Source of the DNA: Penicillus capitatus | Lineage: Eukaryota > Plantae > Chlorophyta | Length of the DNA: 64,000 nucleotides | NCBI GenBank assembly: GCA_965649825.1 | Contig: OZ287710.1 | Location: forward strand, 310,001 to 374,000 | Reading direction: 5' to 3' | In this document: piece after piece, positions 45,832 through 57,814 of the stretch | How positions within the stretch are numbered: the stretch's first letter is position 1 | Layout: each line of letters opens with the position of its first letter | Program-made: the position numbers and the translations under genes | The notes under the pieces: model-generated | The model's input: only the letters and a program-made list of their open reading frames with translations | Database searches by the model: none | Told to the model about the DNA's origin: nothing

Positions 45832-47353
45832 ATGAGCGATGTCGCCGCCTCGAGTCTCGCCAACGATGACGATGTCCATTTTCTAAAGCACCTGTCCAAA
45901 ATCCGAGTAAAGCATCGCAAAAGAATTCCCACTTTCGTAACCGCACGTGACCAATAGGTCAAGCGCTCCGAGGAGTGTCTCCCGATGGACGATCTCAAGC
46001 ACTTGCTGACGGGTTATTGTATTTTCGATGCTAACCGCGTCAGGTTCGGACAGAAAGGAGGGCATGACTAGGTCGATAGGTGTCTGTGTGCCAACAGATA
46101 TCGGTTGATCAAGAAGAAGAAAATTGCCATCATTGGTGTCGTCTGTACATCGAGAGACGGGAGCCTGAAGCTCTCGTCTCTGACAAGGCGTCGTCTGGAT
46201 GTGGTCTTGAGTGATACAAGGAAGAGATATCGGCTGGGCGACGCTCTATTGCTCATGGATCCCGTTCTGGATTTTTCGAATGACTCGATGCGATTTGAGA
46301 TGAAAGGCAAAGCAAACGTCATCGTTCTGGGCAGAGCAGTCGATTTTGGAATCTGTTCATTTGTGAATGCGGTACGATGACAGCAGAACTGGATCCCACA
46401 AACGCATCTGTGCGTTCGTTTGTCCAGAATGGAAACCGTTGTAGCGAAGTGATCAATAAAAGCATTGGTCATATGTGTGAGACACATGCGCAAGTGAAGC
46501 ATCCCCTTCGCGTGCTTACACATGCACTAATCTGAGTACTTGGATGCTTCAGACAGAATCCAAGACGCTGAGTAAGATGATTGCACGAAGACAAGAACTT
46601 GGAGGTGCTTTGATCTATAACGAATTGCGTTTCAACTACCACACTCGACGTGAGGGACCATCCAGTCAACAGGCATGACCATGAGTGATTTCTGGTTGGC
46701 ACAGATCGACGTCTGTGTCCTGCTTTGTACACAAGAGGAAGCGGAGAAGAAACCACAACAAAGAACAAAAGAAAGCGACCGTTTTATGATGAACCCGGAT
46801 TCGAGAAAAAGGTCGAGGAGATGCCTGCCGGCAAAGAGAAGACGCATCTGGAGGCATTGCTGAGAAGATTGAAGCCAAAACAAGTCAAGACGATGCAGCA
46901 ACAAATGAAAGAGTATCTTGCCAAGAAACAGATGCCGTGTGATCCAGAACAGGTGTGATGTCATTCGTTCTTTTATGGATGTATGCAAGGAAGGTCTTTT
47001 TCAGGAGGACTCTGATAGCATGCACAGCTCTAAGACTGGTACAGACATCATGATGACGCCACCTAGGCTCCTCACACGCAGATTGGATCCACCGTAACAT
47101 ATGAGATGATGACGCGTTAAGACGTCGTGTCGTTTCTGTCTTTTGTAGTGAGGATGGGAGCATTGTGTTGGAATCCATCGAGCCTCGGCCATCCCAAGCA
47201 GAGATCGAGAGTCTGATCTTGAGCATGAAGAAAGCCGCTGGTTGTCTTTCGGGTCAGAAACCTCAGTCACAGTGCGTGACAGATCTAGCGCAGACCTTCC
47301 AGTTCTGCAGCAGAGAAGAGGACGAGGCGAGCCACGATACAGAATCGGACTGA
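45832..47353 (+). CDS. MCM10: Replication initiation factor MCM10 (divergent)
   Basis: SKIRV, IAIIGVV and VIVLGRAVDFGICSF|NGNRCSEVINKSIGHMCETHAQ (OB-fold end plus CCCH zinc finger), then a basic/helical C-terminal region; several GT-AG introns. Confidence 0.75.
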
Positions 47354-47856
47354 GATGTGATAATTCAAGATACGGACCAGAACGAAATGTTACAGATATT
47401 AATACGGCGCACTCTTTGTTTCTGTCTCCATGAGAAAAGAACGTGCATCTATAGACCACAATTCCCCCCCACTCATGACAATAGGGTTTTCTCCACTGAC
47501 TCATCTGTGCTAGCAGTCCAGTTGTTCATCAGAAGGGCGAGTCCTAGAAATCGATGAAGACTTTTCCGATCAATCACAGAGGATGCCGAAGTGGGAAGAA
47601 GTCACTAACCGTCAGTCCACGCACACCATCCTCGTCGCCAATTCATGAGCTAGCTCACTGCAGCAAACTCCAAACTGTAAAATTTGATCATTTGAACGCC
47701 GGGCGGACGAGCGATGGCATCGTACCAGAGACTTTCAACAACGATGGACAGTCATGACACCGTTCATTCGTCGAAGATCGACGACCCTTTGTCTCGCATC
47801 ATCTGACGCGATCACTTGCGTATCGCCGTTCGCAGCAGTACGCTCCTTAGGAAGTT

Positions 47857-50340
47857 ATGCAAGCATCGTGGCCAGACATTCTGTTCACGGATGGCTTCCG
47901 TCAGAAGGTACCGGCGTATCTACCGCTGTCCCGCAAGACGTCGCTGTCCTCGCAGGCACGTCAGAGTCGGATTCTCCTTATTGGAGCTGGAGGTATCGGG
48001 TGCGAGGTTTTGAAGGCTCTCGTCCTAACGGGATTCCGAAAAATCACTTTGATAGATCTGGACAGCATCGAGACAAGCAATCTAAACAGACAGTTTCTCT
48101 TTCGTGCTGGACATGTTGGAATGAGCAAAGCCGAAACGGCAGCTAAAGCTGTCGAACGATTTCTCCCACCAAACAAGCCTAAATCTGTTTCATCTACAAA
48201 GCACTCCAGAAAGAAACAGCGTAAGAGTCTTGGCGAAGATGGGATCGGCTCTTCGGAAAGCAGAAAACACGGAGGGACCCCGAAAAGAGACACGTGCCTG
48301 CAGATCACTCCTTTCCATGCCGACGTCAAGGATTCGAGGTTTCATGTCGATTTTTTTAAAAGTATGTCACCGATGATTCGAGTTCATTCAACTTCTCTCA
48401 TTCTTTCCAAAAGGATTCGATATCGTCCTGAATGGACTTGACAATCTCAGTGCACGACTTCATGTAAACCGTCTTTGCTTTGCAGCGAATGTGCCATTGG
48501 TCGAATCTGGAACAGCTGGATACGAAGGCAGCGTACATTGATGGTTGCTTTGGACTGCTGTTGAGATTGCAGGTGTTTGCAGGTGACGGTGCACATAAGA
48601 GGACAGACGCATTGCTATGAATGCGAACAGAAACCCATTCCAAAGTCCTTTCCGATCTGCACCATTCGAAACACGCCAGATAAACTCATTCACTGTGTCG
48701 TCTGGGCAAAGGACCTTCTCTTCGCTCGACTCTTTGGAAAAGCAGATGTCAGAACAGGTCAGACAAATGCTCACACTATTGCCATTCATCATGTGCTCTG
48801 TTCAGATCTTGATGAGGAATCGACGAGTGATCCTGCAAAGGAGCAGCAGAAACAGGAGAATTCGACGAGCTTTTTTGTGAAGGGAGAGGAAGAACCGATT
48901 GCGGATTATGCGATTCGAATATTTCGACGTGTCTTCGAAATCGACATCGCATCTGTTCTTACGATGCAGGTATCTGACAGAATCTCGTTGAGTCCAAACG
49001 ATGTGTCTGAGCAGGAGTTGTGGAAGAATAGATCGCGTCCATCTCCGATTGTATGGCCAAGCTACGACGAAGATCTTCTCTCGATGGATAATCCTGGTGC
49101 GGATGTCTACAAAGTAAATGCGGCCGCCAATGAAGTACTCCATTGCAGTGTGCTTCGTTAACAGGTCCTTTCGAAGGCGGCGAACATGAAACTCTTTGTG
49201 GGGGCCATTACCTCCATCTATGAAACGCGTTCGAATGAGATTGGAGATCTGGTGTTCGACAAGGAAGATGAACTGTCGGTTCACTTCGTCGCTGCTGCTG
49301 CCAATCTCAGAGCGATCTGCTATTCAATCGCACAAGGTTCAATTTTTGAAATCAAAGGTACTGACTGCGTTGCCATGCACAAAATGGATGACCTGTATGC
49401 CATGTCGCTGTAGGAATGGCTGGCAACATTGTACATGCTATTGCCACAACAAATGCGACAGTGGCTGGATTGGTTGTTACAGAGGCATGCAAGATTCTGT
49501 CTGGCTGTCGACACACCGTCAAGGAAACGTTCGTCGGAAAGCATTGCTTGATTGATGGATTGAAGAGGAAACGTGATGTCCTCATTAAGAGCACGCTGCC
49601 TCCAAAGAAGAACCCAAGATGCGTTGTGTGTGGAAGGGCCATGGTTGACGTCGAGCTTAACACAGACAAAATGACACTGGGCGATTTTGTGGACAAAGTA
49701 CTCTTCCATTCGAAGGCATTGTTTCGAAATTGCAGTGACTCATGCTGTGTACTTAGGTGATCAAATCGAGGCTGGGCTTTGCAGAACCCAGCATTGTCCG
49801 TGACGACACTCTGGTGTATGAAGAGGGAGAAGGATTAGATGAGTGTGAAATCGAGGAGTATAGGGTTATGCTTTCTAAACAGATAAGCGAGCTTCCGGGC
49901 GATGGATGGAAGAATGGAGCCATTGTTCAAGTCAGTAGTCAAGCCCAACAGTTGGTGTGCACAGTTGTCCTCATACACAGAGTGATGTTCGATTCTCATT
50001 ACCGCTTTCGAGAACATGTGCTGTCACATCAGGAAGACATCGATGCAGAGACCAACCCAGACGAATTCATATTGACTGAATCTCCTGCCGAAGAAGAAGA
50101 TCCCGAAAAGGACCTAAAACGAAAACGCGAGGAAGTAAATCACCAAGGTGGCACAGTTTGCACACCCACCTACTCAAGTAGCTCACCAATCGTTCGGTAT
50201 GCACAGAGATCGCAGTGGCGGCGGGCCTCGGCGAGATTGTGGATCTATTGGATGATCCTGTCGACGGAGAGGGAGAGTTGACGGAGATCGCGTCAAAGCC
50301 GAAGAAGAAAAAGAACGAGGATGTGGCGCCAGATGACTAA
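47857..50340 (+). CDS. UBA2: SUMO-activating enzyme subunit 2
   Basis: [64 protein letters not shown] (catalytic Cys), [34 protein letters not shown] and PRCVVC. Confidence 0.95.
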
Positions 50341-50378
50341 TGTGTTCATGTAAAGCATTTGTCGTCCTTATCGGTTCA

Positions 50379-50771
50379 ATGATCTCTCTTCGTCCTTGTG
50401 CCCCGCGCATTTCTCTTCGACCGCCACGACACCGAATTTACTGCAATGTCGAGCAGGACGGCGCCCTTGAGCTCAGAGTCGGTTCGCGCGTGCGCGTTAA
50501 GCAATCGATTGTGGTTTACCATGTTCCCAAACGGAAAGAGGGACTAGACATTAAGGGAATGGAGGGTTCCATCGCGAGCAATGTACGTCGCTCAGGAGAA
50601 GTCCAACTCACCCCAAATTACCCCTGGAAGATTCAGTTCGAGCAAGAAGCATCCGAAGGGAAGAAACCCAAAAAGTTCTTCGTGCATTTGGTACTAAACG
50701 CGCTTCGCATACACCTTCTGACGAAGTGGATGTCACATCAGGCCGAGGATGAAATCGAACCGGCAAGATGA
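50379..50771 (+). CDS. FTRA: Ferredoxin-thioredoxin reductase variable chain (plastid)
   Basis: Transit peptide MISLRPCAPR..., then VGSRVRVKQSIVVYHVPK..LDIKGMEGSI..NYPWKIQF..KFFVHL|AEDEIE. An in-frame upstream ATG at 50340 overlaps the UBA2 stop. Confidence 0.9.
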   Translation: MISLRPCAPRISLRPPRHRIYCNVEQDGALELRVGSRVRVKQSIVVYHVPKRKEGLDIKGMEGSIASNVRRSGEVQLTPNYPWKIQFEQEASEGKKPKKFFVHLVLNALRIHLLTKWMSHQAEDEIEPAR

Positions 50772-51323
50772 AGATCTTGGACGATCTTTTGGATCAAAGG
50801 TCACGAGAAAGTGATTTGCTGAATCGTCTCGCTCCTCTTTTGTCTTTCCCAATTGGGACATTCTCCGCCGTATCGTTGCCGAAGCGCAATGCAAGAGGCG
50901 ACTTTTGTTAGAAAACAGGATAAGCGACATGCTATTTATAAGCGACATAAGCATTGTCGTCTTTCAACAAGGGCAAAACGGGCAATGCGATGTCCGAACA
51001 GTCGAATGACGCATCCCTGCACATGCAACCAGATGCAACCCCCTGCATTACCTCGCATTCTCGCGAAATCTGTCAGTGTTAGCTGTTTGGAGATGCGCCT
51101 AGTCCTCTGTCTGCAACGATGGTGAGAAGTTTCATTGATCCTCTGGGAAATGGGAGAGAATTGGTAGGTGTTCCTTAATCAACCCTCCAACATTGCGACA
51201 TTGAACGTTACTGACGGCTAACGGTTCTATACTTCATAAGCCATTTGGGTAACAATCCCCTCTTTCGCCCCTATTCCGTACTCATTCTTTAGCAGAATCC
51301 GCGGACCGTTCGCTCTTCGGTCG

Positions 51324-54300
51324 ATGAGGCTTCTGCTCGTTTTCTTCTTGGCAGTATCAATCTGCCGTACTTTGTGTCACTCGACATTCCGTTTTGGTGC
51401 TGTCCTGAGTACCGTGGGAAGCACTCGGACGATTGCCGACGCAAAAAATGGATACGCGTTGTATTTTGATGCTGTAAATGCCCTCGCCGATGGAAATGGA
51501 CTCTTCATTCAAGGAAGACCTGGCACCCAGGGATTCTACTTCAAATACGAGTTCTTATGGCGAGAGGACTTTAGTGATCGGCGAATCCATGCCGAAGAAG
51601 TCCAAAACCTGCTGGAGAAAGATCGCGTGCATTTTCTTGGAGGCTCACACCCAAAGTACGCCATGCAAGAAATGAGACTCGCCAATCAAAGCTCCATTCT
51701 CTGTTACCATTGCTGTGTCTCTCCGGACAGCATTTACGAAAGGAATTTCCCAACGACTTTTGGCATTACGGCCACCAACAAAGATTTCACTAAGCTTTTG
51801 ATTCGCCAACTGACATTTGCTCAGATTTCCTCCCTGGCCGTCATCTATGATGAAGACGATGAGTTCACCAGGACGACATGCCAAGCCGCTATCACGTTCG
51901 GCAGAGAGTTCTACGCTGGCGGTCGCGAAGATCGGATGGTCGTCATGGCATTCAATGGATCAGATACATCGGCTGACATGATAGAGGTGTTTGCGCAGCG
52001 TGCTAAGAACACGAAGATAGCAGCGGTCATTGGATGCGTTTATCCAGAGAAAGGAAAACAATTGGTGCATGCATTGGATGCTGCAGAGTATTCCCTACAA
52101 GCGTTGTTTTTGACAGTCGGACCTTCGAAGCAGTGGTGGGTGCAATCGATCGAGAACGGAGACCTCGTCAGACATCTGTTGAGTTCAGTTCAGTGGCATG
52201 AAAGCATGAACTACATGGACGATTTCTTTGGATCCACGGCAGAATACGTCAGGACATACAAGAGAAAGTACTCGGGTGCTTCTCCAGATCAAGATGCCGC
52301 CGGCGCATCTGCTGTAGGCCTAACGCTGACCAAGGCGATCACAACAGCATTCAAGAACTGCGATATCACTCAGACTAAGGGAGACGTTGATGCTCTGCTG
52401 TACGATGTAGAATCTATTGCATGTGATGATGGCCTGGACATGACAGGCTACGATCGTATTCTTCGAACACTTGCTCGTCTGGATATCGAAACCTTTTACG
52501 GCAGAGTGCAGTTCAATTCTTTCAGAAGGAATGTTGCACTGGATCCAGTGACGACACAAGTGTTTGTCAGACAAACAAAGAATGGCGAAGAAAGAAGAAA
52601 GATCGAAGCGGTTCTTCCAGTCGGCTATGCCACGAAACTCCTCGAATTCCCAGCAAACAATCGTTATCCGGATGCGTGTGTGGCAGGCCAGCATCGGGGA
52701 GCTCGCCCGTTTGATCCGTGTGAGCCATGCGCTTCTGGGACGTTTTCTGATAAGGCAAATGCGAAGCACTGTGAGAACTGTCCAATTGGTTACTGGCTGA
52801 AGACGCCAGGACAGTCCGCCTGCGACAGGTGCCCTTTAGGAACGACGACCAATTTCATTGGAGCAACAAGATTGACAGATTGCATCTGCCGTGTGGGATT
52901 CTTTAATCGTGCAGGGCTGAATGGTGTTGAATGTGAGCCATGTCCTGACGGGGCAACGTGCGAGGGCGGAATCGATGCCCCGATACCAAAGAAAGGCTAT
53001 TGGTCCAACTCTTCTGACAGAAGAGAGATCTATCGCTGTGTACCTCCCTCCGTGTGTCGTGGAGGTGAAGATTCTGAGTGCGCAGAAGGATACACGGGAA
53101 GGTACGTCACTCTGAAGTCCCTTACAAAGCAGTGAGAACTGGGTTCTGTGGATGACAGACTGTGTTCGGGATGCATGGATGGATACTTCAGTGTTGTTAA
53201 AAGGTGTCACAAATGTATGCATGCGTTTTCCATTGTCATTCTCTCTTTGCTTATTCTCTGCGGCTGGTATGTGATCAATGTGACCGTCTCTGAGAGTGTG
53301 GCTTCTTTGGAGATGATCCTTGGCTGGGCTCAGCTGGCCAATATCATTGGTGATGTCGATCTCAACTGGACACCACGAGTGGAGACGATGTTTGGAATCG
53401 CCTACAGTCTCGACTTCGATGTGAACATTCTGGAGCCGAACTGCCTGGTCGCGTGGAGTTTTCACCATAACTTCATCCTTCAGCTGTGTCTGCCTGTTGT
53501 CATGACGTCGATGGCCGGCACTGGTTACTTGCTATCGGCGATGCTATACACAGCAACTGAACGCAAATGGATGAAACTCGACAATCGCACGAGAGAGCTT
53601 CTTTCCTTGCTGGTCGAGATTCCTGAAGATCGAAAGACTCTGGAAAAGAAGTGGAACATGACGATTGCTACCTTCTTGGCATCCCTCGATACGACTTATG
53701 TGGCAATTGCCAAGTACTGTCTGGCTTGTTTCAAGTGCCGCACTGTTTCGGGAATCTCTGTTCTGGAAGCCTCACCGGATCTCGAGTGTGGCAGTTGGGA
53801 ACACACCCAACTGATCATCCTTGCTGCTCTTGGCCTGCTCTTCTACATTTTCGGATATCTGGCCTATATTGTGTGGAAACTCTACGACTTGCGCGATCGT
53901 CGGGCGTTTTCAGATGAAATCAATCTTCTGCGCTTTGGCTTTGTGTATCAGAAGTATGAAATTCCTTATTGTTACACACCAGCCATTGTCATTGTGCGAA
54001 AACTGCTTTTCGTCTTGATACTTGTGTGTGTCAACAACCCTGCCTTTCAGGTTGGAATTTTAGCTGTTGTCATTAACTGCTCGATTATTATCCACGTCTA
54101 TACAGCACCGTATGTAAACACCTATCTCGACATTCTTTTCACCTTTCTGCTTCTTGCTCTTATGTTCGAAGCCTTTGGGGGGTTGATGTTTTATAGCGAG
54201 AACCTTCCCCAAGAAAATAGAATCATTCTTGAATGGATCGTGATAATGACGCTGTTTGTCTTGATCTGTGTTTTCCTAGTCATCTTCTCGAAGGAGATTA

Positions 54301-55370
54301 TCGCCAAATACCAAAAGTACTTCTTGAAGAGGAGTCATCGTCACTATGTCCGGAAAGAGTATGGATACTGTTCTGGAGGGTGCCTATCTCGCCTGTGGCG
54401 TTGGCTATTAGGCAATTGTGGCCAATCGTCTTCACCAAACAGAACGGTTTCTGTCGAATCTAGTGCATCTTCTACTAGAGACACCAAGGACATCTGTTTT
54501 GAGCTTGTCGACACGTTTAATCCCGGACTCATCTTCAAAGCCATCAAGAACCGTCCAGATTTGATTCAAGATTGGGACAAGCTGGCGGACATGCTGAAGG
54601 AGTATATGTCAGATCAGGCAGAGACCTCATATCTATCGATGAAACCGACAGCTGCGTTCTGGAGAAAACTCGTTGATCGGTTTCCGGAACTGGTTGATTT
54701 CTTGGCGGTGGCTGACAGAACAAGTCTTCAGCACTTTAGTGATTTCACAACCCTGCTCTACCGCAATTTCTATCTATCCAAGAAGTTGGTGTCTTTGCCG
54801 TTGATGAAGATTGTGAACTGGAAAGATTATGCTCCCATGGCTCAGTGGCTCGCTATTGCTCCCAAAGAGGACAGGGAGTTTTTTATTGACTACATTAGTC
54901 GTATGCTTCGGGTTGCTGGTGACGAAGACGCTGCGGATCTGCTGGAATCGAATCTCAAAAGTGGAGGGCGAGAGACAGAGCCGTTCTCACATATAGACGA
55001 GAAGAAGGTTTCGAGAAGGAAGCGATGGATTCTGCACAATGTAGCGTGTGGTTGTCATCCACTTAAGCATTCCGCCGCCTCCACTGATTTAGCGCCCTCT
55101 TCCAGTACAAACGTAACACATATGCAGAGGACTGATATCCAAATTCAAGAATCGCCAATGGTCCCCGTTAAAAACATCTCCCAGTTGACTGATCGGAATC
55201 TGCCGAATGACGCTGGTGTGGAACATCGAGAACCATTAACTGTGCAGAAGATGCCCTCTTTGGGCGATGAAAAGTGTGTAGAACTGACCAAAGCTGAAAG
55301 AGTGCAGAGAACAGCTCACTCCTTCGGTGAAGATTTAGTGAATGAAGTGTCGGACACGATCTCAAAGTGA
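51324..55370 (+). CDS. Receptor-like protein: signal peptide - periplasmic-binding (Venus flytrap) domain - Cys-rich GCC2/GCC3 (ephrin-receptor-like) repeats - about 8-9 TM segments - cytosolic tail; about 1320 aa
   Basis: FGAVLSTVGS..KNGYALYFDAVN, VHFLGGSHP, LQALFLT and FYGRVQFNSFRRN (type I PBP fold); CEPCASGTFSDK..CENCPIGYW..CPLGTTT..CICRVGFF..CEPCPDGATCEGG; TM region with RFGFVYQKYE..RKLL. One intron (about 53102-53158) joins ORFs 51324-53135 and 53148-55370. Confidence 0.85.
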
Positions 55371-55746
55371 TTTCGACTGCAGTTCTGGTTAGATGATTTA
55401 TTTTACTTCTCAAAAAAACTGAGCGATGTTTGCTGGGCAAGCAAGCAAGCAGCATATCACTCTTTTATCTGTAGACCTGTCCTTTGCAGTACGTTATTTA
55501 GTATACAATTGCCTTCTTTGCCAGTTGTTTTTTCCGAAGTACCGGAGTGGTTGGATTATGGCCTTTGCACATATCTCATTGCGGATCTGGGGCTCTGTAA
55601 TTTGCCTGGTTCGACCGGAGACGATGTCGCATTTTTCTGTGATGGCTTTATTCTAGAAGGGTTGACTTTTGGCGTAGAATGAAGGATCCGAAGGATTGTC
55701 TCTGCATCCCATACAATGCGACAGATGGAATGCTTTAGGAAAAAAG

Positions 55747-56885
55747 ATGTTCAAGCATTCTCTTCTCTCTCCAAAACGCGCTTCTCCACTGCATTTGCAG
55801 CGTGAATTCTATTCACTCGTCGATCGACAGTGTCTCTCAACCAAAGCCAAGACTCCGATTGAACGATCGGTCCGTTCGACGTTGCCTGCCAGAGGCACGA
55901 CCTTGTTGCAAGCGTCCAAAGGATTCGGCGAATCGAATGCTGCCGAAAATTCACCAGTCGGAAGATCTGCTGAACGAGAGAAACTAAAGGTGCGTGGGCA
56001 TGTGTGTCTTAACAGCAGATGCACGTCCAAGTATGTTTTTTTGTGAGACATTGTTTCCATCTTCCTTCCATCTCAGCTGACTCACGCAAACGACGACGTC
56101 CTCCGTGGATATCTCCATAAGGCGGCTTTGCTCCTTCTTAGGATGATGATGATGTCCAGTTTGTTTCGCAAAGATTGAGTGGTGTCAATGTCATTGTCCT
56201 TGGAGACAACACACAGCTCAACGACGCTCTTTCCTTTCAGTTGGCTCCCCTGTTTGGCTACGCTCCTCTCCAAACAAGCAAGATCATACATCAGTTGAAA
56301 GGACAGACGGTTGATGAATTCATACGAGCAAACGGCGAAGCAGAACTCGGTCTGATCACAATCTGATGTCTCCGTCCTTCATCTCACTCCACGTGATTTG
56401 TTCAGGACTCGCGGAAGCATTAGTCATCGAGCAATTGAGCAGCCACGTTCGCTGTGTGATATCCATGTGTGGAGGTGGCATCGGAGCCGCTGCAAGAGAC
56501 GCATGTTGGAGATTCATTTTCAGCGGTGTTACCATCTGGTTAGGTGTGTTCCATTGCTTCAATTCTCACTCCTGTTCTGCTGAGTCGCCTCACAGATGTG
56601 GATCCCGCTGATGTCCAGAAGCCACAGTACGAAGCATACGCCCAGTCGGATGTACACTTGAAAATCCGGAATGTCGAGACAGAGGACGGGCTGAATGAAG
56701 GAGATCTGTCAGAACCAGCTTCTCTGGCTAAAGCCTTGATCCCGGATGTGATCAAAGTGCTCAGATCCACTCTTGAACGGGAGAAAGACTTGTGCAAAAA
56801 GAAATGTTTGTACGTTCGGTTTGGTTGTCGAGGCGATTGGCCCAATGTCGAACTCCCGGATTGGGCACGACAGACGCCGAGTTAA
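55747..56885 (+). CDS. SKL1: Shikimate kinase-like protein 1 (plastid)
   Basis: Transit peptide, then GVNVIVLGDNT, LAPLFGYAPLQT, GGGIGAAAR..W and the SKL1-type C-terminus KKCLYVRFGCRGDWPNV..PDW. Confidence 0.88.
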
Positions 56886-56889
56886 TCTC

Positions 56890-57741
56890 ATGTTGAATCA
56901 TGCTGCTGCTTGTCCATGTCTCGGTCCGTCGTCCATCAACAGACACTTTTCTTGCGCTTTCGTAAATATTCGGCACGCCCGAGACTGGAGACAGGTGCGT
57001 CGTCGGACACGAGTTCAGGTTACTGTCGCTGCCGTTGGACAGTCGTCGAAGATCGAGACTCCGAAGGAGTTGCTCATCACTCCATGGACAGGATCTCCTT
57101 CGCAGCTCAAAGCTCTATCCACTCTCAACAACCGACTGAGCAATTCTCCCTACGCGCTCGATCAAGACACTGTCCGATGGTTTCTAAGAGACAGAGAATT
57201 TGATCCTGTCGAAGCTGAGGAGAAGATTGTCAAGACAGCTAAGTGGAGAGAAAAGATCGGTTACGATACGCTGTCCCCTGAAGCGTTTGCACTTGAACAG
57301 ACCAGAGGCAAGGTGCGAGTGCATGAACATAGGGACATCCTCGAAAGACCTGTGATCATATTGGATGCATCCAAACATCGGACTGGCGAGTTTCCAGTCG
57401 ACTCCACACAGAAACTCTGTGCCTATGCCGTGAAGGAGGCGATGGGTCAGCTAGCACCCGATGCTGGGACATTCATTACCATATTCGATCTGAGAAACTT
57501 CGGCACCTCCAACGCAGATTTGCAGTTTGTACGGTACACCATTGATCTGTTTTTTGTCTATCACCCGAAGAGACTGGGACAATCGTTGCTCGTGGAGGCG
57601 CCATGGGTCTTTCAGCCTGTCTGGCAATTTGTGAAGCCTCTGCTGAGAAAATACGCATCCCTGGTTAGATTTGTCGACGCCTCACAAGTACGGCAGGAAT
57701 ACTTTACCGAACAGACAGTGCCCAAAGAGTTCAAAGTGTAA
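56890..57741 (+). CDS. CRAL-TRIO (Sec14) lipid-binding protein, probably plastid-targeted
   Basis: Transit-peptide-like MLNHAAAC..RRRTRVQVTVAA, then VRWFLRDREFDPVEAEEKI..AKWR, HRDILERPV, TIFDLRNFG..NAD, YHPKRLGQSLLVEAPWVFQPVWQFVKPLL; intronless. Confidence 0.9.
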   Translation: MLNHAAACPCLGPSSINRHFSCAFVNIRHARDWRQVRRRTRVQVTVAAVGQSSKIETPKELLITPWTGSPSQLKALSTLNNRLSNSPYALDQDTVRWFLRDREFDPVEAEEKIVKTAKWREKIGYDTLSPEAFALEQTRGKVRVHEHRDILERPVIILDASKHRTGEFPVDSTQKLCAYAVKEAMGQLAPDAGTFITIFDLRNFGTSNADLQFVRYTIDLFFVYHPKRLGQSLLVEAPWVFQPVWQFVKPLLRKYASLVRFVDASQVRQEYFTEQTVPKEFKV

Positions 57742-57814
57742 AAGTGTGATGGATGGACTCAGTCATGCATCTCAAACACTTGTCCATCTGATACGAATCA
57801 CCGATCCGTCATTT

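Noticed and set aside
55535-55625. tRNA-like pieces (CCGGAGTGGTT...GGTTCGACC)
   Set aside because: T-stem and acceptor stem do not pair; no cloverleaf could be drawn.
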